Source: Rickettsiales bacterium (GTDB taxonomy: Bacteria > Pseudomonadota > Alphaproteobacteria > Rs-D84). From it: DNA of 64,000 nucleotides. Both the position numbers and the translations under genes were made by a program. Below are positions 19,454 to 27,666 of the stretch, piece by piece (within the stretch, counting starts at the first letter, position 1; the number at the start of each line of letters is the position of its first letter). The notes under the pieces were generated by a model. The model did no database searches. It saw only the letters and a list, made by a program, of their open reading frames with translations, and was not told the origin of the DNA. Location: positions 6,489 to 70,488 of the forward strand of contig JAISHM010000019.1 of the NCBI GenBank assembly GCA_031262525.1, in the 5' to 3' direction.

Positions 19454-19935
19454 TATTCGCCCCTTTTGTTTTTGCGATTCATTGCGCCAAAGTCAATTGT
19501 CTTTGGATTTTGCGCCGAATGTTTGTGTTCCGCGCCCGCATAAATATGCAACTTTGTCAGACGTTTGTCCGCCAATGCAACCGCGGTGCGACGCCCCATC
19601 ATACGTTTTACCGCATTAAAAACCAATTGTTCTGGTTTTTCATTACGCATTTGACCCAGGGTGCGTTCCTTTATCCCGCCGGTCCAACCAGTGTGCCAAT
19701 AGAATTTTTCGCCATCGGCCTTGTTTCCGGTCAGTGCGATTTTTTCGGCATTGATAATAATTACATGGTCGCCGCAATCCATATTAGGCGTAAATGTGGG
19801 TTTGTTTTTTCCGCGCAGTAATGTCGCGACATACGCCGCCAAACGACCCAGAGTTATGTCGGTGGCATCTATTAAATACCAGTCGGCGGACAACTCTTTC
19901 GCACGCAGCGATTTTGTTGATTTTGTTAAATTCAT
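19453..19935 (-). CDS. rplM: 50S ribosomal protein L13
   Basis: '[54 protein letters not shown]'. Its stop overlaps the rpsI ATG by 1 nt. Confidence 0.93.
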   Translation of the reverse strand: MNLTKSTKSLRAKELSADWYLIDATDITLGRLAAYVATLLRGKNKPTFTPNMDCGDHVIIINAEKIALTGNKADGEKFYWHTGWTGGIKERTLGQMRNEKPEQLVFNAVKRMMGRRTAVALADKRLTKLHIYAGAEHKHSAQNPKTIDFGAMNRKNKRGE

Positions 19936-20025
19936 TTTGTTTGCCTTTGTTAAAAGTTGCCGTATTATGCCCCACCGCCCCAGAAAAGTCAAGAAAATTA
20001 TATAAGGTATAATAATACCACATTG

Positions 20026-20940
20026 TTATTTAGGCAGAATTCCCGCCCGCGGATGCGAATGATTATAAATATCCATTATTTGCGTCATATCCACCCGTGT
20101 ATAAAGTTGTGTTGTGGAAAGCGACGAATGCCCCAATAACTCTTGTAAAGAACGCAAATCCACCCCGCCCGCCAGCAGAGCCGTCGCAAATGTATGACGC
20201 AGTGCGTGTGGCGTTACATAATCGGGTAATTGTAAATAATTTCGGATTTTTTCAACCTGTTTTTGCGCCATTCGCGGCGTCATTGGTAACCCGCGGACAC
20301 TGCGGAACAGCGGTCCGTCCGAAAAATTAAAAGGCAATATTTTTTTGTATTTTTCCAACGCGTCCATAACCGCGGGCAAAATCGGAACAATTCTTTCCTT
20401 GCCACCCTTGCCCATAATTCGCAACACTTCGGGGCGACCACGAATGTCGGCGGGCGTCAATGACAACGCCTCGGATATTCGTAGCCCGCACCCAAAAATC
20501 AGTAAAACCAACGCAAAATCACGCGCTGCAACCCAGGGCTCGGTATCTATTTCGCGCACTGCATCGCCCATCTGAGCAACTGACGCAGATTCAATTGCTT
20601 TTGATAATTTTCGCGGAACCTTTGGAGAAGATATTAAACCAATCGCCGTATTTTTTATCCCAAATCGCCGCGCCAAAAATTTATAAAACGCGCGTAGTGA
20701 TGATAAGGCCCGCGCCGATGATTTCGCTGAAAGTTCGCGACGTGCCCGCTGTGCCAACCACGCACGAAACACATACGAATCAGCGTTTGCTATATCCACG
20801 CGTAAAATATCGTGTCCAATATATTCCCCCATAAAACGCACAAAATCATCAACATCTGTGCGGTATGCGTTCGCGGTGTATGGTGAATACTTTTTCACCC
20901 CCAATAATTCATTTATAAAATCAGTAATTTCCGAATTCAT
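20026..20940 (-). CDS. xerC: tyrosine recombinase XerC/XerD family
   Basis: 'HALRHTFATALLAGGVDLRSLQELLGHSSLSTTQLYTRV' and 'GLRISEALSL'. The C versus D assignment is tentative. Confidence 0.8.
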   Translation of the reverse strand: MNSEITDFINELLGVKKYSPYTANAYRTDVDDFVRFMGEYIGHDILRVDIANADSYVFRAWLAQRARRELSAKSSARALSSLRAFYKFLARRFGIKNTAIGLISSPKVPRKLSKAIESASVAQMGDAVREIDTEPWVAARDFALVLLIFGCGLRISEALSLTPADIRGRPEVLRIMGKGGKERIVPILPAVMDALEKYKKILPFNFSDGPLFRSVRGLPMTPRMAQKQVEKIRNYLQLPDYVTPHALRHTFATALLAGGVDLRSLQELLGHSSLSTTQLYTRVDMTQIMDIYNHSHPRAGILPK

Positions 20941-20956
20941 CGGTTTATTATAACAT

Positions 20957-20986
20957 AAAAAAATGTGGGCGATGCCCACATTTTTA
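20957..20986 (-). terminator. rho-independent terminator after the DsbA-like gene
   Basis: ATGTGGGC-gat-GCCCACAT with flanking A and T runs. Confidence 0.65.
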
Positions 20987-21805
20987 TTTTAATGCTTCAC
21001 GAATTGTTGATTCTGGAACCGCACCAGGAAATGCCTGGTCGCCAACAATCACGAATGGTGTGCCCTGGATGCCGAACTCTTGGGAAACCGCACGTGTTTC
21101 TGCCAATTCCGCGGCAACAACTTCGCCGTCCATATCTGCGTTCATCTTGTCAATGTCACAGCCCGCTTTTTGTGCAGCAGCCAAAACATTTTTCAAAATG
21201 GTTTTTTCAATTTTCGCAGGGTCTTGTTTCAGGTCAGATGGCCAATAATTTTTTTCCATCAAGATATGATTTAATTTTTCTGAATCACATCCCTGGACCT
21301 TGGACGCAACCATCGCCTTGGCCGCTGCATCCGACAACAATCCATGGTTAGACAGGTTTTTCAAAACAACGCGAACATCTTTTTCTGTTTTCAGCAGATT
21401 TTCCAATTCGCCATTCAGACGACGGCAATAACCACATGAATAATCTGTGAAAACATAGATTGTTTTTTTCGCGTCTTTGTTGCCTATAATTGGCGCGTTT
21501 TTCATCATTTCGTCGCCATATTTTTTGACGTGTTTTTTAATGCCTGTTGTCATTTTTTCTTGTTCGGCCGCCTGGGCGCCACGAACCATATCCATCACAA
21601 TTCCAGGATTCGTAGATGTCAAATAAATTGGTGTCCAAATACGCGCAACACCAACAATCAGTAACACCAACGCCACCAATTTAATGGATTTTTTAACCAG
21701 CATTTTTTGCAGGTTCGGTTGTTTTTTTGGGTCGTGTTTTACCAACATTCCGCCAAACATAAAAAGTGCAATTGCAATCAGCAGCACCAGTATTGTCAAA
21801 GCCAT
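20984..21805 (-). CDS. membrane-anchored DsbA-family thiol:disulfide oxidoreductase
   Basis: N-terminal TM helices. Thioredoxin-fold active site 'FTDYSCGYCRRL' and 'GIQGTPFVIVG'. Confidence 0.75.
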   Translation of the reverse strand: MALTILVLLIAIALFMFGGMLVKHDPKKQPNLQKMLVKKSIKLVALVLLIVGVARIWTPIYLTSTNPGIVMDMVRGAQAAEQEKMTTGIKKHVKKYGDEMMKNAPIIGNKDAKKTIYVFTDYSCGYCRRLNGELENLLKTEKDVRVVLKNLSNHGLLSDAAAKAMVASKVQGCDSEKLNHILMEKNYWPSDLKQDPAKIEKTILKNVLAAAQKAGCDIDKMNADMDGEVVAAELAETRAVSQEFGIQGTPFVIVGDQAFPGAVPESTIREALK

Positions 21806-21980
21806 TTTTTTCTCCTTTTGTTCTTTGATGCGTCCAATATAGCAACATAATCATAACAATAGCAAGTAGTTTTTTATTATAAATTTAGTATAGGTGTTTG
21901 TGGCAGAAACAGGGCTTTTGGTCGCTGTCCCTTATAAAGGACAAATTTACCATTTTTTACAGAATATTTGTAAAAATGTA

Positions 21981-22009
21981 TTGACAAAATTATATTATGT
22001 TGTTATAGT
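21981..22009 (+). promoter_or_regulatory. consensus sigma70 promoter (TTGACA-17 nt-TATAGT)
   Basis: -35 at 21981-21986 and -10 at 22004-22009. An AAAAGGAAAAG Shine-Dalgarno precedes ATG 22036. Confidence 0.6.
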
Positions 22010-22035
22010 AATAAAAATAGCCAAAAGGAAAAGTA

Positions 22036-22245
22036 ATGACAGATACAAATACTTATATCATTCCCCTTGACCAAGACGCATTTTATGAATTTATTAATGA
22101 TGCGCAGAAAGATTCAGACACCCCAGAAATTTATATGGGCTCAACAAAAGAAAGAAATAAAATGCCTGAATTATATAAAGCCGCAAAAAGTTTTTACCCT
22201 GCGGCGGGGTTTGTAATAGCGGAACGAATCAAAGTTCGTAAATAA
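22036..22245 (+). CDS. hypothetical 69-aa protein (AT-rich cassette)
   Basis: ORF behind a consensus promoter and Shine-Dalgarno. Tandem TAA TAA stops overlap the next ATG. No family recognised. Confidence 0.45.
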   Translation: MTDTNTYIIPLDQDAFYEFINDAQKDSDTPEIYMGSTKERNKMPELYKAAKSFYPAAGFVIAERIKVRK

Positions 22246-22247
22246 TA

Positions 22248-23015
22248 ATGAATAAAATAACATTAAATCTTTATGAACAAAACAGAGAACGCACATACCC
22301 AAAGTATAAATTATTCTTGCGATTAAAAAGATCTATCACTGATTTTAATGACGAAAAAATTTTACTGGTTGGCGGTGGGTTGGGCTGTTATACTTTTTAT
22401 GATTATTTTTATCAAAATTGTGCTTGTATTCCAAATGTAAAATTTACAAATGTTGATCTGGATACCAGTCACAAAGCTTATAGTTATATCCCTAATACTT
22501 CTGATTTTATGCCGGTCGAACAATCGGTAAAATACAATGAAATAATGAAAAATATCCAGGCCGATTATCTGGACTGGGATTGCGCGCCCGATACCTTTGA
22601 CGAAATATGGGCGTTGTTTTCTTTACCCTATTATTCGCCGGATATTACACATGCAAAATTATTTTTTCTGAAATGTATTTTACATCTGAAACCTGGCGGA
22701 ATTTTGCGCGTTGGACCAACAAATTTTAATAATTCTGTTGATGGGTGCGCGACATTACCAGTGCCGCGTGAATCTATATTAAATTTTTTCATAAAATATG
22801 TATCGGATTATAAATTTACAAAAAAATTAAACCATCAAAATTTATTCAAAAAGAAAAAAAGAATAATCTTAGGTTCTTACAAATGTATTTACGAATCGCT
22901 GGTTATGAAAAACGGAAAAACATCAGAAGACAACAAAGAATTATTACAACAAATAAAACAAATAGATGCGAGCCGCATAAAATACGAGGTGGATTTAGGA
23001 TATAAAATCCACTAG
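22248..23015 (+). CDS. putative class I SAM-dependent methyltransferase-like protein (AT-rich cassette)
   Basis: 'ILLVGGGLGCY' (motif I-like), 'NVDLD', 'FDEIWALFSLPY' and 'LKPGGILRV'. The assignment rests on motif resemblance only. Confidence 0.45.
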   Translation: MNKITLNLYEQNRERTYPKYKLFLRLKRSITDFNDEKILLVGGGLGCYTFYDYFYQNCACIPNVKFTNVDLDTSHKAYSYIPNTSDFMPVEQSVKYNEIMKNIQADYLDWDCAPDTFDEIWALFSLPYYSPDITHAKLFFLKCILHLKPGGILRVGPTNFNNSVDGCATLPVPRESILNFFIKYVSDYKFTKKLNHQNLFKKKKRIILGSYKCIYESLVMKNGKTSEDNKELLQQIKQIDASRIKYEVDLGYKIH

Positions 23016-24145
23016 GCTGCTTTTTTCATCGCGGTTTTCGCGTCACGCACCATTTTTCGCAATGAATCTATGGCAACTAATTCCCCGTTGTTTTTCTGCG
23101 CAGACCAATAATCCCAGCCGTTAAAACTGACCGTATGTTGAATTTTTGCCGCCATTATATGAATTGAATTTTTTCCATAGATTGGGTGCGTCAATTGCCC
23201 GTCCCGTGTTATCATTACTCGGTCGCCACGCAATCCAACCAATGTCTGCCCCGCAAACAATAATCCCGCATCCAGCAACTCGGCAAAGGCAACCCGAATC
23301 TCTTCGCGTTTTGCCGGAACCTCTATATCCGATAAATCCACCGCGTGTGCCGACGCGATTCGTGACTGCGCCGCCGAAACATAATTTGCGTCTTGTTCAA
23401 TACCAATAAATTTCCGCCCCAATTCTTTGGCAACCGCGCCCGTTGTTCCGCTGCCAAAAAAAGGGTCCAGAATAATATCCCCGGCCCGTGTGCTGGCCAA
23501 AATAATTCGCCGCAATAAATCCGATGGTTTCTGCGTTGGATGCAGACTTTTCCCGTCAGTGTCCTTTACCCGTTCGCCGCCCAGGCAAATATCCATATTC
23601 CAATCGCTGCGCATTTGTTTGCCGCCGTTTAATTTTTTCATCGTATCGTAATTAAAAGTATATTTTCCCGTCTTTGTTGGTGTCGCCCAAATCAGCGTCT
23701 CGTGCGCATTCGTAAACCTGGTTCCACGAAAATTAGGCATAGGATTCGTTTTAACCCATACAATATCATTTAATATCCAAAAACCCATATCTTGCAACGC
23801 CGCACCCAAACGAAAGATATTATGATAACTGCCAATTACCCATAAACTGCCCGTGGGTTTTAACACGCGTTTAACCTGGGTCAGCCAATCGCGCGAAAAT
23901 TTATCATACGCTGCCACAGACTCAAACGAATCCCAATCATCGCGCACCGCACGCGCAGCGGTTTGGTCCTCGGGCCTGTATAATGTTTTCTGTCCCAATT
24001 GTAAATTATAAGGGGGGTCGGCAAAAACCGCATCCACAGACGCGTCCGGCATAGCGCGCATTTTTTCCACACAATCACCGACCAAGATTTGATTTTCCCA
24101 TTCTCTCACACCGCATTTTACCATATTTTGGGAATAAATTTTCAT
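23012..24145 (-). CDS. ccrM: CcrM-type N6-adenine DNA methyltransferase
   Basis: 'FADPPYNL', 'DPFFGSGTTGAVAKELGRKFIGIEQD', and the C-terminal extension of about 80 aa typical of CcrM. Confidence 0.85.
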   Translation of the reverse strand: MKIYSQNMVKCGVREWENQILVGDCVEKMRAMPDASVDAVFADPPYNLQLGQKTLYRPEDQTAARAVRDDWDSFESVAAYDKFSRDWLTQVKRVLKPTGSLWVIGSYHNIFRLGAALQDMGFWILNDIVWVKTNPMPNFRGTRFTNAHETLIWATPTKTGKYTFNYDTMKKLNGGKQMRSDWNMDICLGGERVKDTDGKSLHPTQKPSDLLRRIILASTRAGDIILDPFFGSGTTGAVAKELGRKFIGIEQDANYVSAAQSRIASAHAVDLSDIEVPAKREEIRVAFAELLDAGLLFAGQTLVGLRGDRVMITRDGQLTHPIYGKNSIHIMAAKIQHTVSFNGWDYWSAQKNNGELVAIDSLRKMVRDAKTAMKKAA

Positions 24146-24210
24146 TAAATTAAACGCCAGCGAAAAATAATTTACTTGATTTTTTTATAAAAATTTTTTT
24201 ATGTTGGATT

Positions 24211-24909
24211 ATGATACAAAAACCAATTCTTTCTTTATGCATACCGACTTATAATAATTCAGATGCTGTTTTCGCGAAAATACAAAGAATTTTAGCGTCA
24301 AAATCAAAATTATTCCAGATTGTAATTTCCGACAATCGTTCTGATGATGATATTTTGGAAAAATTATCAAAGGTCAAAGATAGTCGCCTGAAAATAGTTG
24401 TTTTGCCGGAAAATCGTGGCTCTGTATTTAACATTATGAATGCGTATGCAAATGCCGATGGAATGTATGCGATGATTTGTATGGATAAAGACGGGATAAG
24501 ACCGGAAAATTTAGATTCGGCGATTTCTATTCTGAAAGATGGGGAAATAAATTTTGGATATTTTGCGTTGAAATCAAAAAACACACAGATTGAAAAAGCA
24601 GTGTGTTTAACAAAGAACTCGGATGATTGTTTATTAAAATTTGGGTATCGGGCGATGCACCCCAGTGGAACATTTTTCAAGACACAGATTATTCGGGATT
24701 TATTCGGTGATTTTCATTTAGCGGATGCGAATATAGTTGATGGTTTTATAACTGATTTTATGCTGGCCGAGGCGTCAAAATACGGAAATGGTGCGGTTTT
24801 GGATTTTGATTTTATGGAAATTGACGCGCCCCCGTTCAAGGGTAAAAAACATTCTGATACTTACTCGCCAGCACGCGGCAATGTGTTTTTTTGTCCCGAA
24901 AACAGGTAG
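24211..24909 (+). CDS. glycosyltransferase family 2, N-terminal catalytic part (ends at an in-frame TAG)
   Basis: 'LSLCIPTYNNSDAV...' and 'VISDNRSDDD'. Same frame as ORF 24916-25260. Confidence 0.6.
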   Translation: MIQKPILSLCIPTYNNSDAVFAKIQRILASKSKLFQIVISDNRSDDDILEKLSKVKDSRLKIVVLPENRGSVFNIMNAYANADGMYAMICMDKDGIRPENLDSAISILKDGEINFGYFALKSKNTQIEKAVCLTKNSDDCLLKFGYRAMHPSGTFFKTQIIRDLFGDFHLADANIVDGFITDFMLAEASKYGNGAVLDFDFMEIDAPPFKGKKHSDTYSPARGNVFFCPENR

Positions 24910-24915
24910 AAACTT

Positions 24916-25260
24916 TTGGAAAAATATGTGGGACATATAAAAGGTATGGGGCTGGACAACAATCTGGAGAAAAAAGTTTTTGATAATATAATATTAAATA
25001 CTTTTTGGAAGTGCACTACCGAGTATGCCCGCGTTTTATCACAAAAAAATCTGTGTGATTGGTATGGTGTTTTAATGCGAAATTTATCTGAAAAAGAACA
25101 AAAAAAATTTGGTTTTGAATTTATAAAAAAAATTGCCGTGTCTGATTTTTATCAAAACGAAAAAGATAAAAAAGCGATTATAAGAAGAATAATTAAACTG
25201 GGTCGGTTTGATTTTGCGCACAGGTGTGTTTTATTGTTGTGGCTGATGACGCAGAAATAG
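24916..25260 (+). CDS. probable C-terminal part of the preceding GT2 (separate ORF after TAG + 2 codons; TTG start)
   Basis: Same reading frame as 24211-24909. The combined length of about 349 aa is typical for a GT2. Confidence 0.4.
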   Translation: MEKYVGHIKGMGLDNNLEKKVFDNIILNTFWKCTTEYARVLSQKNLCDWYGVLMRNLSEKEQKKFGFEFIKKIAVSDFYQNEKDKKAIIRRIIKLGRFDFAHRCVLLLWLMTQK

Positions 25261-25287
25261 TCTTGACGCGGGTTATTAAAATTCGCT

Positions 25288-27666
25288 ATGATTTATATGG
25301 AAATGAGAAGATATTTCATCTTTACAGCGATTTTTATTGCGCTGGGCGTAATGCCCTTGTGCGCGGCGACGCGTGATGCGCGCGTGGTTCGGACATCTGG
25401 GACAACTGCGCGGACGGCGGTAAGCGCACCGCGAACGACGCGCCCGGCAACCACAAATACGGCGCGTTCGGCGCGTGCGGCGACATCTGTATCACGGGCG
25501 ACGACGACTGCGCGTGGTGCGACGATTTCGCGTGCTGCGACGGATAGCGCGGCGCAAACACGAACTGGCGCGGCGTATGAAACTTGCAAGGCTTCGTATT
25601 TTGCCTGTATGGACCAATTTTGCGCGGTAAAAAATGCAAATTATAAACGTTGTTCTTGCTCTGATAAAATTTTTGATATAACCCAGACGCAAAGCATTAT
25701 CCAAGATGCTGGTACAGAATTGACCGAATTCACAGAAAACCTGGGAAATGTTGGTTTGACTGCATCCCAGGCGACGGTTATGAAGCAAGCGACCGAGGGG
25801 GAAAAAGCATTGACAGATGACGGGTCGGCGTCTGCGGCAATTTTACAGGCAATAATGAATTCTATAAAGGGCGAAAACGCAAATGTCGGCGGAATTTACG
25901 AGGGTATGAATAGTATAAATATTCAACTGGATGATTCTGCGGGATTGGGTGGTGGTGAAAGCGCGAATACAATTGCAAATTATAATGGTAAAAATATTTA
26001 TACCGCGGTTTATGGAACATGTCGCGATGTCGTGCGTGCGGATTGCACAGATGCGTCTTTGCAACGGGCGATTACGGCGTATTTAATGGCGATTGAACAA
26101 GATTGTAATTCGGTGCAAACGCAATTGGAAGCAACGAAAAAGAAAATGGTCTCTGGCGTGCGCGAGGCCGATGCAATGTTAAAATTGGCGCGCGTTGAAA
26201 ATCGTAAAACTGAAAATTCCCTGGATATTACGGCGTGTTTGGACGATGTAGAGCGGGCCGTTTTATCCGAAGAAGTTTGTGGTGCAAATTATCACAAATG
26301 TTTGGATAATGGAAAATATATAGATGTCGCAACGGGTAAGCCACTGACCGGTGTCGTAGAGTTTTATAAATTACAAGAATTGTTAAATTTTGCTACGGAT
26401 AAAAGTATTGACGACCAGCGTCTGGCGAAAAATCCAAAAAATCGCGCTTTTGTAAATGCTTTCGAGGGTAAGGTTCGTTCATTTGCGCAACCTGTGTTGG
26501 ATAAGTGTCGGGAAATAGCGGACGATGTTTGGGCGGATTATTTGGACAAAGCGATGTTGGAAATTTATTACGCGCAGCGGGGTAAGGTTGATGAAATTAA
26601 AACAGGGTGTATGGATTTTGTATCGGCGTGTTATACAAATGGAGAGAGGTCTATTACTGCGGCAATGTCGGGAATAATAAATGGCGCGACTGGATTGGCA
26701 CCAGATACAATAAATTTATTGGACGATACTTGTAAAAATTATGTTGCAGCGTGTGATAAAATGTTTGATGGAAATATAATTGCGCAATACATTGACACGC
26801 GCAAAGAAACAGATTTAACAGATTCTTGTCGTGCGATTGTCCAGCAGTGTTTTGATAACTTTGGTGGTGTTGCATATAATAATTTTTATAATCCAGTCAA
26901 TGGGCTATTTTCAACAGGGCGGGCGCTGGATTGGTTTTCTTATGAGCAATTTTGTGTCCAGGGCGACCCGAATTGCACCATTGGTATAAAATCGCCGTGC
27001 GCCCAGAAATTGAGTGAGGTTGCGGCCTGTAATCCATCAAATGACCCAGAATTTGCAAAAAATATATTTGGCGGATTTGATACTGATGGGACGAATTATG
27101 GACTGGTTGAAAATGGCGTTTTGGATACAATGAAAATGCGGGCTAATGGCGTCGCGACCGAGGTTTATAATCAAATTGTAAAAAACTTGACATCTGATTG
27201 TGCAAATTATGGTGCGGAATTTGTGCAATACAGATATGTAATGTATCAAAATGCGAGTTATTATTATCAGTATGCTGATACCGCGGGTAATGGATTATGT
27301 ACTGCGACATTTTCTTCGGGGAATAACATCAGGGCGGATTATTTAATTGGTGGTGGCAGTTGGGTTGAAAATATGTGTCCGCAAAATTATTGGAATCGGG
27401 TTGATACTACATCATGGGGTGTTTGCTCGTGTTGGGAAAATGGTGGTCGGCGCAGTGATGGTGGAATATCATTAAAATGTATCCCAGGGACATACAATAA
27501 CTCTGGTAATGTCCGCGGGATATTTACAGGAATAAACGCAGCGTATCCAAAAAACACGGGTAAAATTTGCCCAAAAACTTACAACGCCCAAACCAATCAA
27601 TGTTTTAATGGTGGTAATGTTCCTTATGACCAAGACAACTTAAATTTAATACCAGATGCAATGTAA
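25288..27666 (+). CDS. 792-aa secreted Cys-rich protein with Arg/Thr/Ala-rich N-terminal low-complexity region
   Basis: Signal peptide '...ALGVMPLCA'. An R/T/A tract of about 65 aa is encoded by locally GC-rich DNA. More than 30 Cys follow in paired spacing. Confidence 0.7.
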   Translation: MIYMEMRRYFIFTAIFIALGVMPLCAATRDARVVRTSGTTARTAVSAPRTTRPATTNTARSARAATSVSRATTTARGATISRAATDSAAQTRTGAAYETCKASYFACMDQFCAVKNANYKRCSCSDKIFDITQTQSIIQDAGTELTEFTENLGNVGLTASQATVMKQATEGEKALTDDGSASAAILQAIMNSIKGENANVGGIYEGMNSINIQLDDSAGLGGGESANTIANYNGKNIYTAVYGTCRDVVRADCTDASLQRAITAYLMAIEQDCNSVQTQLEATKKKMVSGVREADAMLKLARVENRKTENSLDITACLDDVERAVLSEEVCGANYHKCLDNGKYIDVATGKPLTGVVEFYKLQELLNFATDKSIDDQRLAKNPKNRAFVNAFEGKVRSFAQPVLDKCREIADDVWADYLDKAMLEIYYAQRGKVDEIKTGCMDFVSACYTNGERSITAAMSGIINGATGLAPDTINLLDDTCKNYVAACDKMFDGNIIAQYIDTRKETDLTDSCRAIVQQCFDNFGGVAYNNFYNPVNGLFSTGRALDWFSYEQFCVQGDPNCTIGIKSPCAQKLSEVAACNPSNDPEFAKNIFGGFDTDGTNYGLVENGVLDTMKMRANGVATEVYNQIVKNLTSDCANYGAEFVQYRYVMYQNASYYYQYADTAGNGLCTATFSSGNNIRADYLIGGGSWVENMCPQNYWNRVDTTSWGVCSCWENGGRRSDGGISLKCIPGTYNNSGNVRGIFTGINAAYPKNTGKICPKTYNAQTNQCFNGGNVPYDQDNLNLIPDAM

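Noticed and set aside
21987-22006. dif-like XerCD site (TATATTATGTT resembles the XerD arm and spacer of E. coli dif)
   Set aside because: Only about 11 nt match, and there is no XerC arm (GGTGCGCATAA-like) to the left. The segment is better explained as the spacer of a consensus promoter in AT-rich DNA.
25293-25639. Two 98-101-aa minus-strand ORFs
   Set aside because: They arise from the locally GC-rich, repetitive Arg/Thr/Ala-coding tract of the 792-aa gene. This is an antisense artefact.
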